Shown: in pieces, positions 47,346 through 62,200 of the stretch
How the letters are laid out: each line of letters begins with the position of its first letter
How positions within the stretch are numbered: position 1 is the stretch's first letter
NCBI GenBank assembly: GCA_964016885.1
Contig: OZ024752.1
Coordinates: 27,466,001 to 27,530,000 of the forward strand
Direction of reading: 5' to 3'
DNA from: Eledone cirrhosa
Lineage: Eukaryota
DNA length: 64,000 nt
Program-made: the position numbers and the translations under genes
Notes under the pieces: model-generated
The model's database searches: none
What the model was told of the DNA's origin: nothing
What the model saw: only the letters and a program-made list of their open reading frames with translations

Positions 47346-50299
47346 CACACAATCTGTGGAACTAGTACAAACTTCGGCTATCAACACACAAACTGTGGAA
47401 CTAGTACCAACTTCGGCTATCAACACACAATCTGTGGAACTAGTACCAACTTCGGCTATCAACACACAAACTGTGGAACTAGTACCAACTACGGCTATCA
47501 ACACACAATCTGTGGAACTAGTACCAACTTCGGCTATCAACACACAAATTGTGGAACTAGTACCAACTACGGCTATCAACACACAAACTGTGCAACTAGT
47601 ACCAACTTCGGCTATCAACACACAAACTGTGGAACTAGTACCAACTACGGCTATCAACACACAAACTGTGGAACTAGTACAAACTTCGGCTATCAACACA
47701 CAAACTGTGGAACTAGTAGCAACTTCGGCTATCAACACACAAACTGTGGAACTAGTACCAACTACGGCTATCAACACACAAACTGTGGAACTAGTACCAA
47801 CTTCGGCTATCAACACACAAACTGTGGAACTAGTTCCAAGTTCGGCTATCAACACACAAACTGTGGAACTAGTACCAACTTCGGCTATCAACACACAAAC
47901 TGTGGAACTAGTAGCAACTTCGGCTATCAACACACAAATTGTGGAACTAGTACCAACTTCGGCTATCAATACACAAACTGTGGAACTAGTACCAACTTCG
48001 GCTATCAACACACAATCTGTGGAACTAGTACAAACTTCGGCTATCAACACACAATCTGTGGAACTAGTACCAACTTCGGCTATCAACACACAATCTGTGG
48101 AACTAGTACCAACTTCCGCTATCAACACACAAACTGTGGAACTAGTACCAACTACTGCTATCAACACACAAACTGTGGAACTAGTCCAACTTCGGCTATC
48201 AACACACAATCTGTGGAACTAGTACCAACTTCGGCTATCAACACACAAACTGTGGAACTAGTACCAACTACGGCTATCAACAAACAAACTGTGGAACTAG
48301 TACCAACTTCGACTATCAACACACAAACTGTGGAACTAGTAGCAACTTCGGCTATCAACACACAAATTGTGGAACTAGTACCAACTTCGGCTATCAACAC
48401 ACAAACTGTGGAACTAGTACCAACTTCGGCTATCAACACACAATCAGTGGAACTAGTACCAACTTCGGCTATCAACACACCAACTGTCGAACTAGTACCA
48501 ACTACGGCTATCAACACACCAACTGTGGAACTAGTACCAACTACGGCTATCAACACACCAACTGTGGAACTAGTACCGACTTCGTCAATCAACACACAAA
48601 CTGTGGAACTAGTACCAACTTCGTCTATCAACACACAAACTGTGGAACTAGTTCCAACTTCGTCTATCAACACACCAACTGTGGAACTAGTACCAACTAC
48701 GGCTATCAACACACCAACTGTGGAACTAGTACCAACTTCGTCTATCAACACACCAACTGTGGAACTAGTACCAACTACGGCTATCAACACACCAACTGTG
48801 GAACTAGTACCAACTACGGCTATCAACACACCAACTGTGGAACTAGTACCAACTACGGCTATCAACACACAAATTGTGGAACTAGTACCAACTTCGGCTA
48901 TCAACACACAAACTGTGGAACTAGTACCAACTTCGGCTATCAACACACAAACTGTGGAACTAGTACCAACTTCGTCTATCAACACACCAACTGTGGAACT
49001 AGTACCAACTACGGCTATCAACACACCAACTGTGGAACTAGTACCAACTACGGCTATCAACACACCAACTGTGGAACTAGTACCAACTTCGGCTATCAAC
49101 ACACCAACTGTGGAACTAGTACCAACTTCGTCTATCAACACACCAACTGTGGAACTAGTACCAACTTCGTCTATCAACACACAAACTGTGGAACTAGTAC
49201 CAACTACGGCTATCAACACACCAACTGTGGAACTAGTACCAACTTCGTATATCAACACACAATCTGTGGAACTAGTACCAACTACGGCTATCAACACACC
49301 AACTGTGGAACTAGTACCAACTTCGGCTATCAACACAATCTGTGGAACTAGTACCAACTTCGTCTATCAACACACAAACTGTTGAACTAGTACCAACTTC
49401 GTCTATCAACACACAAACTGTGGAACTAGTACCAACTTCGGCTATCAACACACAATCTGTGGAACTAGTACCAACTTCGGCTATCAACACACAAACTGTG
49501 GAACTAGTACCAACTACGGCTATCAACACACAAACTGTGGAACTAGTACCAACTTCGGCTATCAACACACAAATTGTGGAACTAGTACCAACTACGGCTA
49601 TCAACACACAAACTGTGGAACTAGTACCAACGACAGCTATCAATACACAAACTGTGGAACTAGTACCAACTACGGCTATCAACACACCAACTGTGGAACT
49701 AGTACCAACTTCGGCTTTCAACACACAATCTGTGGAACTAGTACCAACTTCCGCTATCAACACACAAACTGTGGAACTAGTACCAACTACGGCTATCAAC
49801 ACACAAACTGTGGAACTAGTTCCAACTTCGGCTATCAACACACAATCTGTGGAACTAGTACCAACTTCGGCTATCAACACACAAACTGTGGAACTAGTAC
49901 CAACTACGGCTATCAACAAACAAACTGTGGAACTAGTACCAACTTCGGCTATCAACACACAAACTGTGGAACTAGTAGCAACTTCGGCTATCAACACACA
50001 AATTGTGGAACTAGTAGCAACTTCGGCTATCAACACACAAACTGTGGAACTAGTACCAACTTCGGCTATCAACACACAATCTGTGGAACTAGTACCAACT
50101 GCGGCTATCAACACACAATCTGTGGAACTAGTACCAACTTCGGCTATCAACACACAAACTGTGGAACTAGTACCAACTTCGGCTATCAACACACAATCTG
50201 TGGAACTAGTACCAACTTCGGCTATCAACACACCAACTGTCGAACTAGTACCAACTACGGCTATCAACACACCAACTGTGGAACTAGTACCAACTACGG

Positions 50300-53200
50300 C
50301 TATCAACACACCAACTGTGGAACTAGTACCAACTTCGTCAATCAACACACAAACTGTGGAACTAGTACCAACTTCTTCTATCAACACACAAACTGTGGAA
50401 CTAGTTCCAACTTCGTCTATCAACACACAAACTGTGGAACTAGTACCAACTTCGTCTATCAACACACCAACTGTGGAACTAGTACCAACTACGGGTATCA
50501 ACACACCAACTGTGGAACTAGTACCAACTACGACTATCAACACACCAACTGTGGAACTAGTACCAACTTCGGCTATCAACACACCAACTGTGGAACTAGT
50601 ACCAACTTCGTCTATCAACACACCAACTGTGGAACTAGTACCAACTTCGTCTATCAACACACAAACTGTGGAACTAGTACCAACTTCGTCTATCAACACA
50701 CAAACTGTTGAACTAGTACCAACTTCGTCTATCAACACACAAACTGTTGAACTAGTTCCAACTTCGGCTATCAACACACAATCTGTGGAACTAGTACCAA
50801 ATTCGTATATGAACACACAATCTGTGGAACTAGTACCAGCTTCGTCTATCAACACACAATCTGTGGAACTAGTACCAACTTCGGCTATCAACACACCAAC
50901 AGTGGAACTAGTATCAACTTCGGCTATCAACACACAAACTGTGGAACTAGTACCAACTTCGTCTATCAACACACAAACTATGGAACTAGTAGCAACTTCG
51001 GCTATCAACACACAAACTGTGGAACTAGTTCCAACTTCTTCTATCAACACACAAACTGTGCAACTAGTACCAACTTCTATCAACCCACAAACTGTGCAAC
51101 TAGTATCAACTTCGGCTATCAACACACAAACTGTGGAACTAGTACCAACTTCGCCTATCAACACACAAACTGTGGAACTAGTTCCAACTTCGGCTATCAA
51201 CACACAAACTGTGGAACTAGTACCAACTTCGGCTATCAACACACAAACTGTAGAACTAGTTCCAACTTCGGCTATCAACACACAAACTGTGGAACTAGTT
51301 CCAACTTCTTCTATCAACACACAAACTGTGCAACTAGTACCAACTTCTATCAACACACAAACTGTGCAACTAGTACCAACTTCGGCTATCAACACACAAA
51401 CTGTGGAACTAGTACCAACTTCTTCTATCAACACACAAACTGTGCAACTAGTACCAACTTCGGCTATCAACACACAAACTGTGGACCTAGTACCAACTTC
51501 GTCTATCAACACACAAACTGTGGAACTAGTACCAGCTTCGGCTATCAACACACAAACTGTGGAACTAGTACCAACTTCTTCTATCAACACACAAACTGTG
51601 CAACTAGTACCAACTTCAGCTATCAACACACAAACTGTGGACCTAGTACCAACTTCGTCTATCAACACACAAACTGTGGAACTAGTACCAGCTTCGGCTA
51701 TCAACAGACAAACTGTGGAACTAGTACCAAATTCGGCTATCAACACACAAACTGTGGAACTAGTACCAACTTCTTTATCAACACACAAACTGTGCAACTA
51801 GTACCAACTTCGGTTATCAACACACAAACTGAGGAACTAGTACCAACTACAGCTATCAACACACAATCTCTGGAACTAGTACCAGCTTCGTCTATCAACA
51901 CACAAACTGTGGAACTAGTACCAACTTCGGCTATCAACACACAAACTGTGGAACTAGTACCAACTTCGGCTATCAACACACAAAACTGTGGAACTAGTTC
52001 CAACTTCGGCTATCAACACACGAACTGTGGACCTAGTGCCAACTTCGTCTATCAACACACAAACTGTGGAACTAGTACAAACTTCGGCTGTCAACACACA
52101 AATTGTAGAACTAGTACCAACTTCGTGTATCAACACAGAAACTGTGGAACTAGTACCAACTTCGGCTATCAACACACAATCTGTGGAACTAGTACCAACT
52201 TCGGCTATCAACACACAAACTGTGGAACTAGTACCAACTTCTGCTATCAACACACAATCTGTGGAACTAGTACTAACTTCGGCTATCAACACACAATCTG
52301 TGGAACTAGTACCAACTGCGGCTATCAACACACAATCTGTGGAACTAGTACCAACTTCGGCTATCAACACACAAACTGTGGAACTAGTACCAGCTTCGGC
52401 TATCAACACACAAACTGTGGAACTAGTACCAACTTCGGCTATCAACACACAAACTGTGGAACTAGTACCAACTTCGGCTATCAACACACAAACTGTGGAC
52501 CTAGTACCAACTTCGTCTATCAACACACAAACTGTGGAACTAGTACCAGCTTCGGCTATCAACAGACAAACTGTGGAACTAGTACCAAATTCGGCTATCA
52601 ACACACAAACTGTGGAACTAGTACCAACTTCTTTATCAACACACAAACTGTGCAACTAGTACCAACTTCGGTTATCAACACACAAACTGAGGAACTAGTA
52701 CCAACTACAGCTATCAACACACAATCTCTGGAACTAGTACCAGCTTCGTCTATCAACACACAAACTGTGGAACTAGTACCAACTTCGGCTATCAACACAC
52801 AAACTGTGGAACTAGTACCAACTTCGGCTATCAACACACAAAACTGTGGAACTAGTACCAACTTCGGCTATCAACACACGAACTGTGGACCTAGTGCCAA
52901 CTTCGTCTATCAACACACAAACTGTGGAACTAGTACAAACTTCGGCTGTCAACACACAAATTGTAGAACTAGTACCAACTTCGTGTATCAACACAGAAAC
53001 TGTGGAACTAGTACCAACTTCGGCTATCAACACACAATCTGTGGAACTAGTACCAACTTCGGCTATCAACACACAAACTGTGGAACTAGTACCAACTTCT
53101 GCTATCAACACACAATCTGTGGAACTAGTACTAACTTCGGCTATCAACACACAATCTGTGGAACTAGTACCAACTTCGTCTATCAACACACAAACTGTGG

Positions 53201-56200
53201 AACTAGTTCCAACTTCGTCTATCAACACACAAACTGTGGAACTAGTACCAACTTCGTCTATCAACACACCAACTGTGGAACTAGTACCAACTACGGCTAT
53301 CAACACACCAACTGTGGAACTAGTACCAACTACGGCTATCAACACACCAACTGTGGAACTAGTACCAACTTCGGCTATCAACACACCAACTGTGGAACTA
53401 GTACCAACTTCGTCTATCAACACACCAACTGTGGAACTAGTACCAACTTCGTCTATCAACACACAAACTGTGGAACTAGTACCAACTACGGCTATCAACA
53501 CACCAACTGTGGAACTAGTACCAACTTCGTATATCAACACACAATCTGTGGAACTAGTACCAACTACGGCTATCAACACACCAACTGTGGAACTAGTACC
53601 AACTTCGGCTATCAACACACAATCTGTGGAACTAGTACCAAATTCGTCTATCAACACACAAACTGTTGAACTAGTACCAACTTCGTCTATCAACACACAA
53701 ACTGTTGAACTAGTTCCAACTTCGGCTATCAACACACAATCTGTGGAACTAGTACCAAATTCGTCTATGAACACACAATCTGTGGAACTAGTACCAGCTT
53801 CGTCTATCAACACACAATCTGTGGAACTAGTACCAACTTCGGCTATCAACACACCAACAGTGGAACTAGTATCAACTTCGGCTATCAACACACAAACTGT
53901 GGAACTAGTACCAACTTCGTCTATCAACACACAAACTGTGGAACTAGTACCAACTACGGCTATCAACACACCAACTGTGGAACTAGTACCAACTACGACT
54001 ATCAACACACCAACTGTGGAACTAGTACCAACTTCGGCTATCAACACACCAACTGTGGAACTAGTACCAACTTCGTCTATCAACACACCAACTGTGGAAC
54101 TAGTACCAACTTCGTCTATCAACACACAAACTGTGGAACTAGTACCAACTTCGTCTATCAACACACAAACTGTTGAACTAGTACCAACTTCGTCTATCAA
54201 CACACAAACTGTTGAACTAGTTCCAACTTCGGCTATCAACACACAATCTGTGGAACTAGTACCAAATTCGTATATGAACACACAATCTGTGGAACTAGTA
54301 CCAGCTTCGTCTATCAACACACAATCTGTGGAACTAGTACCAACTTCGGCTATCAACACACCAACAGTGGAACTAGTATCAACTTCGGCTATCAACACAC
54401 AAACTGTGGAACTAGTACCAACTTCGTCTATCAACACACAAACTGTGGAACTAGTAGCAACTTCGGCTATCAACACACAAACTGTGGAACTAGTACCAAC
54501 TTCGCCTATCAACACACAAACTGTGGAACTAGTTCCAACTTCGGCTATCAACACACAAACTGTGGAACTAGTACCAACTTCGGCTATCAACACACAAACT
54601 GTAGAACTAGTTCCAACTTCGGCTATCAACACACAAACTGTGGAACTAGTTCCAACTTCTTCTATCAACACACAAACTGTGCAACTAGTACCAACTTCTA
54701 TCAACACACAAACTGTGCAACTAGTACCAACTTCGGCTATCAACACACAAACTGTGGAACTAGTACCAACTTCTTCTATCAACACACAAACTGTGCAACT
54801 AGTACCAACTTCGGCTATCAACACACAAACTGTGGACCTAGTACCAACTTCGTCTATCAACACACAAACTATGGAACTAGTACCAGCTTCGGCTATCAAC
54901 ACACAAACTGTGGAACTAGTACCAACTTCTTCTATCAACACACAAACTGTGCAACTAGTACCAACTTCAGCTATCAACACACAAACTGTGGACCTAGTAC
55001 CAACTTCGCCTATCAACACACAAACTGTGGAACTAGTACCAGCTTCGGCTATCAACAGACAAACTGTGGAACTAGTACCAAATTCGGCTATCAACACACA
55101 AACTGTGGAACTAGTACCAACTTCTTTATCAACACACAAACTGTGCAACTAGTACCAACTTCGGTTATCAACACACAAACTGAGGAACTAGTACCAACTA
55201 CAGCTATCAACACACAATCTCTGGAACTAGTACCAGCTTCGTCTATCAACACACAAACTGTGGAACTAGTAACAACTTCGGCTATCAACACACAAACTGT
55301 GGAACTAGTACCAACTTCGGCTATCAACACACAAAACTGTGGAACTAGTACCAACTTCGGCTATCAACACACGAACTGTGGACCTAGTGCCAACTTCGTC
55401 TATCAACACACAAACTGTGGAACTAGTACCAAATTCGTCTATCAACACACAAACTGTGGAACTAGTACAAACTTCGGCTGTCAACACACAAATTGTAGAA
55501 CTAGTACCAACTTCGTGTATCAACACAGAATCTGTGGAACTAGTACCAACTTCGGCTATCAACACACAATCTGTGGAACTAGTACCAACTTCGGCTATCA
55601 ACACACAAACTGTGGAACTAGTACCAACTTCTGCTATCAACACACAATCTGTGGAACTAGTACCAACTTCGGCTATCAACACACAATCTGTGGAACTAGT
55701 ACCAACTGCGGCTATCAACACACAATCTGTGGAACTAGTACCAACTTCGGCTATCAACACACAAACTGTGGAACTAGTACCAGCTTCGGCTATCAACACA
55801 CAAACTGTGGAACTAGTACCAACTTCGGCTATCAACACACAAACTGTGGAACTAGTACCAACTTCGGCTATCAACACACCAACTGTCGAACTAGTACCAA
55901 CTACGGCTATCAACACACCAACTGTGGAACTAGTACCAACTACGGCTATCAACACACCAACTGTGGAACTAGTACCAACTTCGTCAATCAACACACAAAC
56001 TGTGGAACTAGTACCAACTTCGTCTATCAACACACAAACTGTGGAACTAGTTCCAACTTCGTCTATCAACACACAAACTGTGGAACTAGTACCAACTTCG
56101 TCTATCAACACACCAACTGTGGAACTAGTACCAACTACGGCTATCAACACACCAACTGTGGAACTAGTACCGACTACGGCTATCAACACACCAACTGTGG

Positions 56201-59200
56201 AACTAGTACCAACTTCGGCTATCAACACACCAACTGTGGAACTAGTACCAACTTCGTCTATCAACACACCAACTGTGGAACTAGTACCAACTTCGTCTAT
56301 CAACACACAAACTGTGGAACTAGTACCAACTACGGCTATCAACACACCAACTGTGGAACTAGTACCAACTTCGTATATCAACACACAATCTGTGGAACTA
56401 GTACCAACTACGGCTATCAACACACCAACTGTGGAACTAGTACCAACTTCGGCTATCAACACACAATCTGTGGAACTAGTACCAACTTCGTCTATCAACA
56501 CACAAACTGTTGAACTAGTACCAACTTCGTCTATCAACACACAAACTGTTGAACTAGTTCCAACTTCGGCTATCAACACACAATCTGTGGAACTAGTACC
56601 AAATTCGTCTATGAAAACACAATCTGTGGAACTAGTACCAGCTTCGTCTATCAACACACAATCTGTGGAACTAGTACCAACTTCGGCTATCAACACACCA
56701 ACAGTGGAACTAGTATCAACTTCGGCTATCAACACACAAACTGTGGAACTAGTACCAACTTCGTCTATCAACACACAAACTGTGGAACTAGTAGCAACTT
56801 CGGCTATCAACACACAAACTGTGGAACTAGTTCCAACTTCTTCTATCAACACACAAACTGTGCAACTAGTACCAACTTCTATCAACACACAAACTGTGGA
56901 ACTAGTACAAACTTCGGCTGTCAACACACAAATTGTAGAACTAGTACCAACTTCGTGTATCAACACAGAAACTGTGGAACTAGTACCAACTTCGGCTATC
57001 AACACACAATCTGTGGAACTAGTACCAACTTCGGCTATCAACACACAAACTGTGGAACTAGTACCAACTTCTGCTATCAACACACAATCTGTGGAACTAG
57101 TACCAACTTCGGCTATCAACACACAATCTGTGGAACTAGTACCAACTGCGGCTATCAACACACAATCTGTGGAACTAGTACCAACTTCGGTTATCAACAC
57201 ACAAACTGTGGAACTAGTACCAGCTTCGGCTATCAACACACAAACTGTGGAACTAGTACCAACTTCGGCTATCAACACACAAACTGTGGAACTAGTACCA
57301 ACTTCGGCTATCAACACACCAACTGTCGAACTAGTACCAACTACGGCTATCAACACACCAACTGTGGAACTAGTACCAACTACGGCTATCAACACACCAA
57401 CTGTGGAACTAGTACCAACTTCGTCAATCAACACACAAACTGTGGAACTAGTACCAACTTCGTCTATCAACACACAAACTGTGGAACTAGTTCCAACTTC
57501 GTCTATCAACACACAAACTGTGGAACTAGTACCAACTTCGTCTATCAACACACCAACTGTGGAACTAGTACCAACTACGGCTATCAACACACCAACTGTG
57601 GAACTAGTACCAACTACGGCTATCAACACACCAACTGTGGAACTAGTACCAACTTCGGCTATCAACACACCAACTGTGGAACTAGTACCAACTTCGTCTA
57701 TCAACACACCAACTGTGGAACTAGTACCAACTTCGTCTATCAACACACAAACTGTGGAACTAGTACCAACTACGGCTATCAACACACCAACTGTGGAACT
57801 AGTACCAACTTCGTATATCAACACACAATCTGTGGAACTAGTACCAACTACGGCTATCAACACACCAACTGTGGAACTAGTACCAACTTCGGCTATCAAC
57901 ACACAATCTGTGGAACTAGTACCAACTTCGTCTATCAACACACAAACTGTTGAACTAGTTCCAACTTCGGCTATCAACACACAATCTGTGGAACTAGTAC
58001 CAAATTCGTCTATGAACACACAATCTGTGGAACTAGTACCAGCTTCGTCTATCAACACACAATCTGTGGAACTAGTACCAACTTCGGCTATCAACACACC
58101 AACAGTGGAACTAGTATCAACTTCGGCTATCAACACACAAACTGTGGAACTAGTACCAACTTCGTCTATCAACACACAAACTGTGGAACTAGTAGCAACT
58201 TCGGCTATCAACACACAAACTGTGGAACTAGTTCCAACTTCTTCTATCAACACACAAACTGTGCAACTAGTACCAACTTCTATCAACACACAAACTGTGC
58301 AACTAGTCTCAACTTCGGCTATCAACACACAAACTGTGGAACTAGTACCAACTTCGCCTATCAACACACAGACTGTGGAACTAGTTCCAACTTCGGCTAT
58401 CAACACACAAACTGTGGAACTAGTACCAACTTCGGCTATCAACACACAAACTGTAGAACTAGTTCCAACTTCGGCTATCAACACACAAACTGTGGAACTA
58501 GTTCCAACTTCTTCTATCAACACACAAACTGTGCAACTAGTACCAACTTCTATCAACACACAAACTGTGCAACTAGTATCAACTTCGGCTATCAACACAC
58601 AAACTGTGGAACTAGTACCAACTTCGTATATCAACACACAATCTGTGGAACTAGTACCAACTACGGCTATCAACACACCAACTGTGGAACTAGTACCAAC
58701 TACGACTATCAACACACCAACTGTGGAACTAGTACCAACTTCGGCTATCAACACACCAACTGTGGAACTAGTACCAACTTCGTCTATCAACACACCAACT
58801 GTGGAACTAGTACCAACTTCGTCTATCAACACACAAACTGTGGAACTAGTACCAACTTCGTCTATCAACACACAAACTGTTGAACTAGTACCAACTTCGT
58901 CTATCAACACACAAACTGTTGAACTAGTTCCAACTTCGGCTATCAACACACAATCTGTGGAACTAGTACCAAATTCGTATATGAACACACAATCTGTGGA
59001 ACTAGTACCAGCTTCGTCTATCAACACACAATCTGTGGAACTAGTACCAACTTCGGCTATCAACACACCAACAGTGGAACTAGTATCAACTTCGGCTATC
59101 AACACACAAACTGTGGAACTAGTACCAACTTCGTCTATCAACACACAAACTGTGGAACTAGTAGCAACTTCGGCTATCAACACACAAACTGTGGAACTAG

Positions 59201-62200
59201 TTCCAACTTCTTCTATCAACACACAAACTGTGCAACTAGTACCAACTTCTATCAACACACAAACTGTGCAACTAGTATCAACTTCGGCTATCAACACACA
59301 AACTGTGGAACTAGTACCAACTTCGCCTATCAACACACAAACTGTGGAACTAGTTCCAACTTCGGCTATCAACACACAAACTGTGGAACTAGTACCAACT
59401 TCGGCTATCAACACACAAACTGTAGAACTAGTTCCAACTTCGGCTATCAACACACAAACTGTGGAACTAGTTCCAACTTCTTCTATCAACACACAAACTG
59501 TGCAACTAGTACCAACTTCTATCAACACACAAACTGTGCAACTAGTACCAACTTCGGCTATCAACACACAAACTGTGGAACTAGTACCAACTTCTTCTAT
59601 CAACACACAAACTGTGCAACTAGTACCAACTTCGGCTATCAACACACAAACTGTGGACCTAGTACCAACTTCGTCTATCAACACACAAACTGTGGAACTA
59701 GTACCAGCTTCGGCTATCAACACACAAACTGTTGAACTAGTTCCAACTTCGGCTATCAACACACAATCTGTGGAACTAGTACAAAATTCGAATATGAACA
59801 CACAATCTGTGGAACTAGTACCAGCTTCGTCTATCAACACACAATCTGTGGAACTAGTACCAACTTCGGCTATCAACACACCAACAGTGGAACTAGTATC
59901 AACTTCGGCTATCAACACACAAACTGTGGAACTAGTACCAACTTCGTCTATCAACACACAAACTGTGGAACTAGTAGCAACTTCGGCTATCAACACACAA
60001 ACTGTGGAACTAGTTCCAACTTCTTCTATCAACACACAAACTGTGCAACTAGTACCAACTTCTATCAACACACAAACTGTGCAACTAGTATCAACTTCGG
60101 CTATCAACACACAAACTGTGGAACTAGTACCAACTTCGCCTATCAACACACAAACTGTGGAACTAGTTCCAACTTCGGCTATCAACACACAAACTGTGGA
60201 ACTAGTACCAACCTCGGCTATCAACACACAAACTGTAGAACTAGTTCCAACTTCGGCTATCAACACACAAACTGTGGAACTAGTTCCAACTTCTTCTATC
60301 AACACACAAACTGTGCAACTAGTACCAACTTCTATCAACACACAAACTGTGCAACTAGTACCAACTTCGGCTATCAACACACAAACTGTGGAACTAGTAC
60401 CAACTTCTTCTATCAACACACAAACTGTGCAACTAGTACCAACTTCGGCTATCAACACACAAACTGTGGACCTAGTACCAACTTCGTCTATCAACACACA
60501 AACTATGGAACTAGTACCAGCTTCGGCTATCAACACACAAACTGTGGAACTAGTACCAACTTCTTCTATCAACACACAAACTGTGCAACTAGTACCAACT
60601 TCAGCTATCAACACACAAACTGTGGACCTAGTACCAACTTCGTCTATCAACACACAAACTGTGGAACTAGTACCAGCTTCGGCTATCAACAGACAAACTG
60701 TGGAACTAGTACCAAATTCGGCTATCAACACACAAACTGTGGAACTAGTACCAACTTCTTTATCAACACACAAACTGTGCAACTAGTACCAACTTCGGTT
60801 ATCAACACACAAACTGAGGAACTAGTACCAACTACAGCTATCAACACACAATCTCTGGAACTAGTACCAGCTTCGTCTATCAACACACAAACTGTGGAAC
60901 TAGTACCAACTTCGGCTATCAACACACAAACTGTGGAACTAGTACCAACTTCGGCTATCAACACACAAAACTGTGGAACTAGTACCAACTTCGGCTATCA
61001 ACACACGAACTGTGGACCTAGTGCCAACTTCGTCTATCAACACACAAACTGTGGAACTAGTACCAAATTCGTCTATCAACACACAAACTGTGGAACTAGT
61101 ACAAACTTCGGCTGTCAACACACAAATTGTAGAACTAGTACCAACTTCGTGTATCAACACAGAAACTGTGGAACTAGTACCAACTTCGGCTATCAACACA
61201 CAATCTGTGGAACTAGTACCAACTTCGGCTATCAACACACAAACTGTGGAACTAGTACCAACTTCTGCTATCAACACACAATCTGTGGAACTAGTACCAA
61301 CTTCGGCTATCAACACACAATCTGTGGAACTAGTACCAACTGCGGCTATCAACACACAATCTGTGGAACTAGTACCAACTTCGGCTATCAACACACAAAC
61401 TGTGGAACTAGTACCAGCTTCGGCTATCAACACACAAACTGTGGAACTAGTACCAACTTCGGCTATCAACACACAAACTGTGGAACTAGTACCAACTTCG
61501 GCTATCAACACACCAACTGTCGAACTAGTACCAACTACGGCTATCAACACACCAACTGTGGAACTAGTACCAACTACGGCTATCAACACACCAACTGTGG
61601 AACTAGTACCAACTTCGTCAATCTACACACAAACTGTGGAACTAGTACCAACTTCGTCTATCAACACACAAACTGTGGAACTAGTTCCAACTTCGTCTAT
61701 CAACACACAAACTGTGGAACTAGTACCAACTTCGTCTATCAACACACCAACTGTGGAACTAGTACCAACTACGGCTATCAACACACCAACTGTGGAACTA
61801 GTACCAACTACGGCTATCAACACACCAACTGTGGAACTAGTACCAACTTCGGCTATCAACACACCAACTGTGGAACTAGTACCAACTTCGTCTATCAACA
61901 CACCAACTGTGGAACTAGTACCAACTTCGTCTATCAACACACAAACTGTGGAACTAGTACCAACTACGGCTATCAACACACCAACTGTGGAACTAGTACC
62001 AACTTCGTATATCAACACACAATCTGTGGAACTAGTACCAACTACGGCTATCAACACACCAACTGTGGTACTAGTACCAACTTCGGCTATCAACACACAA
62101 TCTGTGGAACTAGTACCAACTTCGTCTATCAACACACAAACTGTTGAACTAGTACCAACTTCGTCTATCAACACACAAACTGTTGAACTAGTTCCAACTT

